Below the pieces are notes generated by a model. That model was not told where the DNA came from, made no database searches, and worked only from the letters and a program-made list of their open reading frames with translations. A stretch of DNA of 64,000 nt from an uncultured Verrucomicrobiae bacterium. GTDB lineage: Bacteria; Verrucomicrobiota; Verrucomicrobiia; Chthoniobacterales; UBA10450. Where the stretch lies: positions 263,691-327,690 of the forward strand of contig CAWIXX010000017.1 in NCBI GenBank assembly GCA_963840135.1. Reading direction: 5' to 3'. Each line of letters starts with the position of its first letter. The first letter of the stretch is position 1. Below, one piece after another: positions 9,899 through 18,787 of the stretch. The position numbers were made by a program, and so were the translations under genes.

Positions 9899-10624
9899 AT
9901 GATGGAAATCATTCCCCTCGGAGATTCCGCTCTGATCGTTCGAATGCGCGAGCGATTCGACGATGCGCCTGAGCAGACGTTGGACACAGTCCTTCGCGCA
10001 TTTCAGCAGCTTCAAAACGCTGCCATCCCTGGTGTAATTGAGCTCGCGCCAGCTTACACAAGCGTCACAGTTTTCTTCGATCCGATTTCAGTCGCCAAAG
10101 GCGCTGAAACACCGGACAAGGTGTTCGATTGGCTGGTGGCGCGCATTCGGACCGCTGTAGCCGCGGGCGCTGACCGCGGCAGGCACCGGACAGCGAGACA
10201 ACGCCGTGTACGCTTGGTCGAAATTCCGGTCTGCTATGATCCGGAATTCGCGCTCGATATCGATGATGTTGCGCGACGCGCGGCTATCTCTCCAAGCGAA
10301 GTCATCCGTCTTCACAGCACCGCTGAGTATCGGGTAGCCTGCATCGGATTTGTTCCCGGATTTCCATTTCTGGCTGGTCTCCCGAAGGAACTGGCGACAC
10401 CGCGACGGGACGTACCGCGAAAACAAATTCCACCCGGTTCTGTCGGGATTGGTGGCGCCCAAACGGGAATTTATCCGCTACGTTCCCCCGGCGGCTGGAA
10501 TCTCATCGGTCGCACACCATTGCGCTTGTTCGATCCCCAGAAAAATCCACCCGCACTTTTGCGCGCCGGCGAACGTGTGCGCTTCCGCAAAATCTCGCGC
10601 GATGAATTTGAATCCTTGAAATGA
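9899..10624 (+). CDS. pxpB: 5-oxoprolinase subunit PxpB (KipI / allophanate hydrolase subunit 1 family)
   Basis: 241 aa. PxpB-like motifs (VEIPVCYD, VACIGFVPGFPFL, GGAQTGIYP). Followed by pxpC and pxpA. Confidence 0.8.
   Translation: MMEIIPLGDSALIVRMRERFDDAPEQTLDTVLRAFQQLQNAAIPGVIELAPAYTSVTVFFDPISVAKGAETPDKVFDWLVARIRTAVAAGADRGRHRTARQRRVRLVEIPVCYDPEFALDIDDVARRAAISPSEVIRLHSTAEYRVACIGFVPGFPFLAGLPKELATPRRDVPRKQIPPGSVGIGGAQTGIYPLRSPGGWNLIGRTPLRLFDPQKNPPALLRAGERVRFRKISRDEFESLK
10157..10184 (+). repeat. Family C REP-like singlet inside pxpB
   Basis: Same 28 nt as at 4649. Translated in frame as VAAGADRGR. Confidence 0.85.
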
Positions 10625-10657
10625 TCCTGCGTCATACGCGCCACGTTTTCTACTGCT

Positions 10658-10764
10658 GTCATCCCGAGCGAAGCGAGGGATCTCCCCAAGGAAGTAGCCG
10701 ACACACAAGCGAATCAGCGTGACCAATCAATTTGTGTGAGATCCTTCACTTTGTTCAGGATGAC
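10658..10764. repeat. Family A MITE-like element
   Basis: GTCATCCCGAGCGAAGCGAGGGATCTC ... GAGATCCTTCACTTTGTTCAGGATGAC, between pxpB and pxpC. Confidence 0.8.
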
Positions 10765-10770
10765 AACGCA

Positions 10771-11740
10771 ATGACTGCGATTGTTGAGCGCGCGGGATTT
10801 CTTACCACCGTGCAGGATCTTGGCCGCACGGGTTATCGCCAGTTTGGTGTTTCGTTAGGCGGCGCGCTGGATCCCTTCGGGTTGCGTGTGGCGAATCTTC
10901 TGGTCGGCAACGATGAAGGTGCGGCGGGACTCGAGATTACTCTAGGTGGTTTGCAATTACGCTTTGAGGACGAACGTGTCGTCGCGTGGTGCGGTGGTGA
11001 CTTCGATGTGCGCATCGGATCGAGGGTACTGCCGGCTGGCCACGCTGGTTCGGTTAGTGCAGGCGAAAAATTGAAAATCGGCGCACCCAAAGCCGGTTGT
11101 CGATCCTGGCTATCAATTTCCGGCGGGATTTACGTTGAGCCTGTTCTCGGAAGTCGCTCGACCGATTTGCGAGCCGGTTTTGGGGGATTTGAAGGTCGTT
11201 CATTACGCGACGGGGATGTTCTTCCGCTCGGTATGTGGCCGGGCTCGCCGACCCCGGCTACAGGTATTTCCTCGTGGACCGCGCCACATGATTGGGTAAG
11301 TCCGGCAAAGCCCAAACCAATTTTGCGTTTCATTCGCGGCGTCGATTGGAATCGCTTCGACGCTTCAACGCTTCAACGCCTAACGAGCGAAGCATTCGCC
11401 CTTTCACCCGATTCTGATCGCATGGGCGTGCGTCTTGAAGGTCCGGAACTGAAGCGCGCCGATGCGAGCGATATGATCTCCGAAGCAGTGGCTCCGGGTA
11501 CAATCCAGGTTCCGCCAAGCGGAAAGCCGATTTTACTTTTGGGAGATTGCCAAACCATCGGTGGTTACCCGAAAATGGCGCACGTGATCACTGTTGATCT
11601 CGGTGTTGCAGCACAACTTCGCGCCGGCGATCGACGTCCGTTTTTCCGAAGTCTCGCTAGCTGACGCACACCGGCTTTTGCTTGAGCGCGAGCGTGAATT
11701 CGAGCGTTTCCGCGTCGGTATTAACCTCCAACGCTCATGA
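10771..11740 (+). CDS. pxpC: 5-oxoprolinase subunit PxpC (KipA / allophanate hydrolase subunit 2 family); C-terminal frameshift near 11632-11636
   Basis: Starts MTAIVERAGFLTTVQDLGRTGYRQFGVS, with GDCQTIGGYPK further in. The called ORF ends at 11664 with RRPFFRSLAS. The +1 frame reads VRFSEVSLADAHRLLLEREREFERF and ends at TGA 11738-11740, overlapping the pxpA ATG. Confidence 0.8.
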
Positions 11741-12492
11741 GACTATCAATCGATCTGAACGCCGATCTTGGCGAAGGAGCAGGCCACGATGAGGAACTGT
11801 TCGAGCTCATTAGCTCGGCGAATATCGCGACTGGTTTTCACGCCGGCGACTCCGATTCGATGCACGCTGCAGTTTCTACGGCGAAAAAGCACGGAGTCGC
11901 TGTCGGAGGGCATCCAAGTTTCTTCGATCGCGAAAATTTCGGACGCAAGGAAATAGAGGTAAGTAATCAGGAAGTGTTCGACGCCGTGGCTTATCAGCTT
12001 GGAGTTTTTCAAGCAATCGCCTCCGCCGTGGGCGTGCAACCGAGCCATGTCAAACCGCACGGTGCTCTCTATAACATGGCGGTGCGCGACGACAAACTGG
12101 CCGATGCGATTGCGCGAGCCATCGAATCGGTCGATCCGAAGTTAATTCTCTTTGCGCCTGACAACACCGAACTCGCCCGCGCCGGCGAAGCGCATGGGCT
12201 GCAAGTCGCGCGCGAAATTTTCGCCGATCGTAATTACCAGAATGACGGCTGGCTGGTCCCACGCACCCGGCCGGATGCATTGCTTCATGATCCAAAAGAA
12301 GCTGCTGAGCGGGTACTGCGGATGTTGCGCGAAGGCAAAGTGCGGTCCGTGGAAGGAGGCGATATTGATGTCCGAGGCGAAACAATTTGCGTTCATGGCG
12401 ATACACCAGGAGCGGTTGAGTTCGCACGTGAATTGCGCTTACAACTCGAGCGCGAAGGCGTGAGAATCATCGCGCCGCAGAGTTTGTTGTGA
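11737..12492 (+). CDS. pxpA: 5-oxoprolinase subunit PxpA (LamB/YcsF family)
   Basis: 251 aa. Starts IDLNADLGEG, with KPHGALYN further in. Confidence 0.9.
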   Translation: MRLSIDLNADLGEGAGHDEELFELISSANIATGFHAGDSDSMHAAVSTAKKHGVAVGGHPSFFDRENFGRKEIEVSNQEVFDAVAYQLGVFQAIASAVGVQPSHVKPHGALYNMAVRDDKLADAIARAIESVDPKLILFAPDNTELARAGEAHGLQVAREIFADRNYQNDGWLVPRTRPDALLHDPKEAAERVLRMLREGKVRSVEGGDIDVRGETICVHGDTPGAVEFARELRLQLEREGVRIIAPQSLL

Positions 12493-14006
12493 GCGATAAG
12501 ATCGATAATCGCCAGCAGTCCGGTCTCGTTCGTACACTCGGACCGATCGACGCCACCATGATCGTGATTGGCTCGATGATTGGTTCGGGGATCTTCATCA
12601 CGTCGGCCGAATCGTCGCGGTTGAGTGGTGCACCGGGCTGGTTGCTTCTCGCCTGGGCAGTTGCCGGTCTGCTAACAATTACGGGCGCGCTTTGTTGCTC
12701 GGAACTCGCAACCATGATGCCGCGCGCAGGCGGAGTTTACGTCTTCTTGCGCGAAGCATACGGTCATTCAACCGGATTCTTGTATGGCTGGACTCTGTTT
12801 CTGGTAATTCAAACAGGGACCATCGCTGCAGTAGCGATCGCGTTTGCAAAATTTCTAGGCGTCTTTGTCGTGGCAGTTTCGCCGGAGAATTATTTGGTTC
12901 CTCCGATTTCGTTAGGCCACTACGCGATCAGCTTATCAACAGAACAACTGGTCGCGATTGGCTTGATCGCGTTGCTGACGTGGAGCAACACGCGCGGGCT
13001 TGAAGTCGGAAAAATTATCCAGAACACATTCACGTTCGCAAAAACAGCGGCGCTCGTCGCTGTCGTGGTGATCGGCTTGTCGTTAGGCTGGAAAGCCAAT
13101 TCTGCTGCGTTGGGATCGGCATGGTGGGACTCGTGGGCAAATGGCTGGAGCCCGCAGACGGTCCAGCCCGGCTTTACATTTGTCGGCGGCCTCGGCCTCG
13201 TGCTGCTATTTGGAAAATCGATGGTCGGTCCGCTCTTCGCGCAAACCGCCTGGACAAACGTCACGTTCATTGGCAGCGAAATACGCGATCCCGGAAAAAA
13301 TCTCGTACGGGCGCTGGTGATCGGCTGCGGCAGCGTGGTCATTCTTTACCTACTGGCCAATCTCGCGTATGTCGCTGTCTTGCCGTTCTCGGAAATCGAG
13401 CACGCGCCTCACAATCGCGTGGCGGTGGCCATGATGAATGCCATTTTCGGTCGTCCTGGTGCGATGTGCATGGCAGCAGCAATCATGATTTCTACCTTCG
13501 GCTGCAACAACGGCCTGATACTTTCCGGAGCTCGCGTTTACTACGCGATGGCGCGCGACCGTCTGTTCTTTAAAAGGGTTGGAACCACCAATCGCTTTCA
13601 TGTTCCGGCCGCTGCGTTGGTAATCCAGGGGATCTGGACCGTGCTCCTGACTCTGCCACGCACGGTGACACGCGACCCCTCAACACATCAGGTCGTTTAT
13701 GGAAATGTTTACAACCAGTTGCTCGAATACATCGTCTCAGCGGATTTGCTTTTTTATATGCTAATGGTTGTCGCCGTAATGATTTTGCGACGAACAAAAC
13801 CCGATGCTGGTCGCCCATATCGCACTTGGGGTTATCCGTTCGTACCGATCATCTCGGTCCTGCTTGCTGGATTATTGATTGTCGATCTTGGCTTTCTCGC
13901 GCCCGCAACCTCAGGAATCGGAATCCTCATCGTGTTGACCGGAGTGCCGGCGTACTTCTTTTGGCGGAAGTTCGCTGCGATTGAAGTAAATCCAGTTCGT
14001 GTTTGA
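12489..14006 (+). CDS. APC-family amino acid permease
   Basis: 505 aa, about 12 predicted TM helices. N-terminal GSMIGSGIFITS motif. Has a 4-nt overlap with pxpA, so it may import the substrate for the pxp operon. Confidence 0.85.
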   Translation: MSDKIDNRQQSGLVRTLGPIDATMIVIGSMIGSGIFITSAESSRLSGAPGWLLLAWAVAGLLTITGALCCSELATMMPRAGGVYVFLREAYGHSTGFLYGWTLFLVIQTGTIAAVAIAFAKFLGVFVVAVSPENYLVPPISLGHYAISLSTEQLVAIGLIALLTWSNTRGLEVGKIIQNTFTFAKTAALVAVVVIGLSLGWKANSAALGSAWWDSWANGWSPQTVQPGFTFVGGLGLVLLFGKSMVGPLFAQTAWTNVTFIGSEIRDPGKNLVRALVIGCGSVVILYLLANLAYVAVLPFSEIEHAPHNRVAVAMMNAIFGRPGAMCMAAAIMISTFGCNNGLILSGARVYYAMARDRLFFKRVGTTNRFHVPAAALVIQGIWTVLLTLPRTVTRDPSTHQVVYGNVYNQLLEYIVSADLLFYMLMVVAVMILRRTKPDAGRPYRTWGYPFVPIISVLLAGLLIVDLGFLAPATSGIGILIVLTGVPAYFFWRKFAAIEVNPVRV

Positions 14007-14024
14007 GACGCGAAACCTGTTTGT

Positions 14025-14214
14025 ATGCCTGCAAAATCAAAGAAACAACAAATGGCCGCTGGCGCAGCACTCGCGGCGAAGCGCGGCAAACGCTCGAAGT
14101 TCGTCACTGAAAGGTGCTTCGCGAGGGATGTACAAATCGATGAGCAAAGCCGAGCTGCGCAAAATGGCCAAAACCAAGCGCAAAGGAAAACCGACGAAGA
14201 CGAAGCGGCGTTGA
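14025..14214 (+). CDS. Small basic DUF3008-like protein; frameshifted near 14097-14102
   Basis: MPAKSKKQQMAAGAALAAKRGKRSK is in the frame of 14025. SSLKGASRGMYKSMSKAELRKMAKTKRKGKPTKTKRR is in the frame ending at 14214. Together they look like one roughly 62-aa protein. Confidence 0.5.
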
Positions 14215-14249
14215 GATTTGCCGAAGCTTTGGAGCGAGGAGAAGAGCGC

Positions 14250-15111
14250 TCACTCTCCCCTTTGCATCATCTCCATCACGTCCTTGAGCGGTTGCGCGCT
14301 TACCTTGCTCGTTCCCGTAAAGGGATTATCGAGGACGTAGATCAAAAACAAAATCAAGGTGATCGTCACGGTGAGTGTAGTGGCAAGCACGTATTGCGCC
14401 TTGATGTTTTTCATTCCGAAGAAAAACGTGTACGAAACGGTGAATACGGCGCCAACAAGCAGCACTAACCAGATGGCTGGAGGCACAGTGTCGTTCGCCG
14501 CGAATATTCTAAGTCTGACGGTACTGAGCGAGGTCGTTTAACCTGTTTAATGTTTCGCCATAGAGCTCTCTGTTGGGAATCGATTTCTCATCCATCTGAT
14601 AGAAATTAGTTAATAGCGTTGGCAGCGCCTTGCCGGAATGAAGAGCTATCTGCCCCTGGGACATTCTTTTCAGTTCATCGGCGTAAACCGAAACCACATA
14701 ATCCATGAGCCCCTGTCGCATTGTTCTACGCGCCGAGTCCGGAAATGCTTCCGTACTGTGAAAAATATCGGCGACCTCGTTAGCTTCCATTTCCAGATTT
14801 TTTGTAGCGTCGTAGTATCCGCTCCACGTAACAAACACGACGAACGCTACCATCACCCCGTAAAACAGACCGAAAGCATTAAAAATAATTGCAGCTACCT
14901 CGTGGTTCTCCCTTAGCACTTCCGTCGGGTATTTCTTTCGTACCAGGTAAAGGCCCGCCAGGGCAATGGCTGTCGCAACTACTGAGACGGTCAGAAATGA
15001 AAGGCGGACTGGCCAATCAAGGAGAAATTGCATGGCTCTTCTCAGGTTCTCGCCAGAATTTGCATCGATTGTCCAGAGAAAAGAATCGATTTTGCGCGAA
15101 GAGGCGCTCAA
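14250..15111 (-). CDS. DUF4239-like membrane protein; split into two ORFs by a frameshift near 14512-14522
   Basis: ORF 14509..15111 carries two TM helices and a helical region. ORF 14250..14486 carries two more TM helices and DNPFTG. They are separated by 22 nt in different frames. The downstream frame is open across the junction (RLRIFAANDTVPPAIW). Confidence 0.5.
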
Positions 15112-15125
15112 ACTGCGCGCAAATT

Positions 15126-15680
15126 ATGAAAACCACTTTTCTTTCTGGTCTCGCATTGCTCGTAGCTTGCGATGGCGCTTTCGCGCAGGAAACGTTTCCG
15201 GGCGGGATCGTTTACGGCCCCAAGGCTGCGTTCAAGATCGATGCGCCGGCAGGGTGGGTTCTCGATAACAGCGCCGGAGCCGAGCAGAGACTGCCATGCG
15301 TTCTCTATCCGAAAGGATCTACCTGGGCCGATGCGAACGCGATCATGTACGCCAAGATCGCAGGCACAGATTACGAGGACGTTGGAAAGTTTGTCGCCAC
15401 GGCAATCCAGCAGATGGAAAAAGTGCACGGCAAACCAAAAGAGAAAGTCGACTCCGGAAAAACAGGCGACGGGCAGCCGTATTTCATCAACGAATATCCG
15501 GCCACCAAGTCGTATTCCCAATGGGAGCGCGTCGCCTACATCCAATTGCCCAAGGCGGTCGCCTACATTGTGTTCTCGGCACGAGACGAAGCGAGCTATC
15601 GCAAAAATTTTCCAGCGCTTAACGAAGTACTCAAATCGTTCGCTTACATGAAAGTCGAAGGCGATCACAAACAACATTAA
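15126..15680 (+). CDS. Hypothetical secreted protein
   Basis: ATG at 15126 gives MKTTFLSGLALLVACDGAFAQ, a signal peptide. The longer ORF start at 14889 overlaps the opposite-strand gene. Confidence 0.6.
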   Translation: MKTTFLSGLALLVACDGAFAQETFPGGIVYGPKAAFKIDAPAGWVLDNSAGAEQRLPCVLYPKGSTWADANAIMYAKIAGTDYEDVGKFVATAIQQMEKVHGKPKEKVDSGKTGDGQPYFINEYPATKSYSQWERVAYIQLPKAVAYIVFSARDEASYRKNFPALNEVLKSFAYMKVEGDHKQH

Positions 15681-15760
15681 TCACCCTTACGAAAACGGAC
15701 GGAGTTTTTTGGAGAAGGTAGCGAAGAAATTAAGACTCAATCCGGCTCGGATAGGAGCTA

Positions 15761-15870
15761 GCGGCGCAAGGGCGCGCACGCACTCCGAAAGCTGGCGTGA
15801 AAACAGAACGACATCTCAATAGATTTCGCGCGCAGTGCTTGGAGTGCGACGTGTCCTCGCATTGCTTTTA
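15761..15870. repeat. Family D-related repeat with internal inverted CGCACTCCnAAGC arms
   Basis: CGCACTCCGAAAGC at about 15779 and GCTTGGAGTGCG at about 15837. Boundaries are approximate. Confidence 0.45.
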
Positions 15871-15888
15871 AGATTTGAGAGATCGCTT

Positions 15889-18045
15889 CTAGAGAAGTTC
15901 GCGGTTCGCCAGCGCGCGGAAGATGCGCAGTTCGCCATAGTCGTACTTGCCGTCGAGTAACGACCTCACGTCTGCAAGTTTTCCGTCAGAAACTTTTCGA
16001 AACGCGGACGCGATTTCCTCGCGTTGCGCGGCGTTGAAGAACCGGTCGGGCTTGAGGGATTCGCCCGATTTAATCGCGGCTTCAAGATGATCGTAAACGG
16101 TGCTCCGCACGAATCCGCGTGCACCGGAAATATCGTCCACTGATTCGCCGCCGCGAAAACGCCGAAGCGTTTCTCTTTGGCTGTCATTCAAGCGTAAACG
16201 ACCCGGCGGGCGCAAAGCAGCGAGGTCGGCAGAAAATGTCCGGCGCGGATTAGCGGCAAGATAATTTTTGATTTCGCCAAGGAATACGTCGGCAAAATCC
16301 TTCAACTTTTGCTCGCCCACGCCGGGAATACGGCGAAACTCGGTCGCCGCCGTCGGATAATGTTTCGCCATTTCACGGAGCGAGACATCGGAGAAGATGA
16401 CGTAGGCTGGCACGTTGCGTTCGTCCGCCACCTTGCGCCGCAGACCGCGCAAGCGTTCGAACAACACTTCGTCGCATTCGATCGCGCCCGCGCGAGCCTT
16501 TTGATCCCGGGCGACAACTTCAATCTGCTTGGTGAGTGTGATCGGCGTACGGTGGCGCAAGGCGTCGCGGCCAGCCGGCGTGAGACTTAAGGTCGCGAAC
16601 TTTCCCGGGGCGCATTCAATGAACCCCAGTCGCAACAACTCGCGCCCGATCGCCTGCCAGGCTTCGCGTTTCAATTCGCGGCCAATCCCGTACGTGGACA
16701 ACTCATTGTGCCTTCGTTGCCGGATCGCCTCCGTGTCTGCGCCGCGTAAAACATCTGCGATATGATTCACCCCAAATCCGAATCCGCTTTTCGCGTGGAT
16801 GCGATGGACGCAGGAGAGAAATTTCTGCGCCGGAATTGTGCCATCGAACGTCTCGCGCGGAGTGAGGCAATTGTCGCATCCTTCACACGATGGCTTCGTA
16901 AATGTCTCGCCAAAGTATCCGAGCAAAGTTACGCGCCGGCAGTCGCGAGTCTCGGCGTAATGAACCATTTGTTGGAGTTGTGTCCGCGCGATTCGCGCTT
17001 CGGGCTCGCTCTTTTCGTCGATGAAATGGAGCTGTTTGGCCACATCGCTTGCGCTGAACAGCAGCACGCATTCACTTGGCAATCCGTCCCGGCCTGCGCG
17101 GCCGGTCTCCTGATAATAGCTCTCCAGATTTTTCGGGAGATCGTAATGCACTACGAAGCGAACGTTTGGTTTGTTGATGCCCATCCCAAACGCAATTGTC
17201 GCGGTGACCACACGAACGTCGTCGCGCAGGAACGCGTCCTGATTCTTCGTGCGCTCGGAACTCGTTAGGCCGGCGTGGTACGGTTTCGCCCTTACTTCAT
17301 CTTCGTTGAGATTCCGCGCCAGCGACTCGGCACTCTTTCGGCTCGCGCAGTAAACGATGCCGCTATCGTTTGGCCTGCTGCGAATGAACTCAAGTAACTG
17401 TTCGTAGGGCGCCGTTTTTGGAACAACGCGGTAAGTGAGATTTGGCCGGTCAAAGCTGGCGACATAACAACGCGGCTCGCGCAGCTTCAGCTGCTTCACG
17501 ATATCCGCGCGCACTCGTTCGGTAGCCGTTGCAGTGAGCGCCATCATTGGCACCTCCGGAAAATGCGTCCGTAATTTTTTGAGCTCGCGATATTCCGGCC
17601 GGAAATCGTGTCCCCATTCGCTGATGCAATGCGCCTCGTCGATGGCAAAGTGCGCGATGTTCCAGTTCGCCGCGCGCTCCAAAAACGTATCGAGCATCAA
17701 CCGCTCCGGCGCGACGTAAAGCATCCGGTAATCGCCGTGATGCAACCCGCGCCAGCGCGCCACAGCGTCCTTCCGGTCCAGCGTTGAATTCAAGTAAGTC
17801 GCCGGGATCCCGCTGGTTTGCAGCGCATCGACCTGATCTTTCATGAGCGAAATGAGCGGCGAAACCACAATCGTAAGGCCCTGGCGTGTCAAAGCCGGCA
17901 ATTGAAAACAAAGGGACTTGCCGCCACCTGTCGGCATCAGCACAAACACATCACGCCCGGCCAGGGAATCGCTGATGATCTCGCGCTGCAGCGGCCGGAA
18001 TTGGTCGTACCCAAAATGCTTCTTTAGCGTCGGGACTAGATCCAT
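15889..18045 (-). CDS. recQ: ATP-dependent DNA helicase RecQ with an extended C-terminus
   Basis: 718 aa. Helicase motifs MPTGGGKS, DEAHCISEWGHDFRPEY, ATIAFGMGINKPNVRFV and QETGRAGRDG. Zn-binding Cys cluster and an HRDC-like segment, plus about 100 extra residues. Confidence 0.95.
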   Translation of the reverse strand: MDLVPTLKKHFGYDQFRPLQREIISDSLAGRDVFVLMPTGGGKSLCFQLPALTRQGLTIVVSPLISLMKDQVDALQTSGIPATYLNSTLDRKDAVARWRGLHHGDYRMLYVAPERLMLDTFLERAANWNIAHFAIDEAHCISEWGHDFRPEYRELKKLRTHFPEVPMMALTATATERVRADIVKQLKLREPRCYVASFDRPNLTYRVVPKTAPYEQLLEFIRSRPNDSGIVYCASRKSAESLARNLNEDEVRAKPYHAGLTSSERTKNQDAFLRDDVRVVTATIAFGMGINKPNVRFVVHYDLPKNLESYYQETGRAGRDGLPSECVLLFSASDVAKQLHFIDEKSEPEARIARTQLQQMVHYAETRDCRRVTLLGYFGETFTKPSCEGCDNCLTPRETFDGTIPAQKFLSCVHRIHAKSGFGFGVNHIADVLRGADTEAIRQRRHNELSTYGIGRELKREAWQAIGRELLRLGFIECAPGKFATLSLTPAGRDALRHRTPITLTKQIEVVARDQKARAGAIECDEVLFERLRGLRRKVADERNVPAYVIFSDVSLREMAKHYPTAATEFRRIPGVGEQKLKDFADVFLGEIKNYLAANPRRTFSADLAALRPPGRLRLNDSQRETLRRFRGGESVDDISGARGFVRSTVYDHLEAAIKSGESLKPDRFFNAAQREEIASAFRKVSDGKLADVRSLLDGKYDYGELRIFRALANRELL

Positions 18046-18122
18046 TCCTTGATGTTCCTCACTGGTTTTTGTTGTCTCAGCGAAATTCTCCTGTAGCGCG
18101 ACAACTCAGTCAGGAACGGTCG

Positions 18123-18719
18123 TCATTTCTGCCGTTTCAGACGAAAACCATCAGCGTGCGCCCCGTAGCCGCTCGCATACTCAACTAATCCGACTCCTTT
18201 TTTCCACACGATCTTTTTGAAATGACCGGATGGATGACTCGAATCGTAAACGCATAAATCGCCTTTGAGATTGATCGTTGTTTTCCATAAACCATCTTCG
18301 TAATTGAAGCTGCCGCGAGCGATTCCGTAAATTTCGCCCTGCCCGAATTCCGGCGGTTTATCCAACGCCGAGATCTTCTTAACCGCATCATCATTCTCCT
18401 CTTCGTTCAACAGAACGATGCGGTCATCTGTGACAATGAAATAATCCGGCCGAATTTCACGTTTCTGCGGCGCGCGCGATTTGATATCGGTAAATTCGAT
18501 TTTGAAAATCGCGCCCCACGGCATCTTGGCGAGGCGCGTCGTAACGATTCGCGCAGTGAGCGGGATCTCGTCCTGCTGAATCTCATCGCCCCACTCGGTT
18601 CCTCGAAATTTGGCGGACACAGGCTTGTCGTCTGGCGCACTGAGAAATGGATTTGCGGCATAAACAGCCGCCGGCAGTAGGATCGATGTCGTGATTGTCG
18701 CGATTCGGCACCAGTTCAT
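18123..18719 (-). CDS. Hypothetical secreted protein
   Basis: 198 aa with an N-terminal signal peptide (ILLPAAVYAANP). No family recognised. Confidence 0.55.
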   Translation of the reverse strand: MNWCRIATITTSILLPAAVYAANPFLSAPDDKPVSAKFRGTEWGDEIQQDEIPLTARIVTTRLAKMPWGAIFKIEFTDIKSRAPQKREIRPDYFIVTDDRIVLLNEEENDDAVKKISALDKPPEFGQGEIYGIARGSFNYEDGLWKTTINLKGDLCVYDSSHPSGHFKKIVWKKGVGLVEYASGYGAHADGFRLKRQK

Positions 18720-18787
18720 GTTTCGATCCTAACGATCAGGGGATCGCCATTGCACGCCGTTTTCCAATCAGCTCAATAGCTCCGCGG

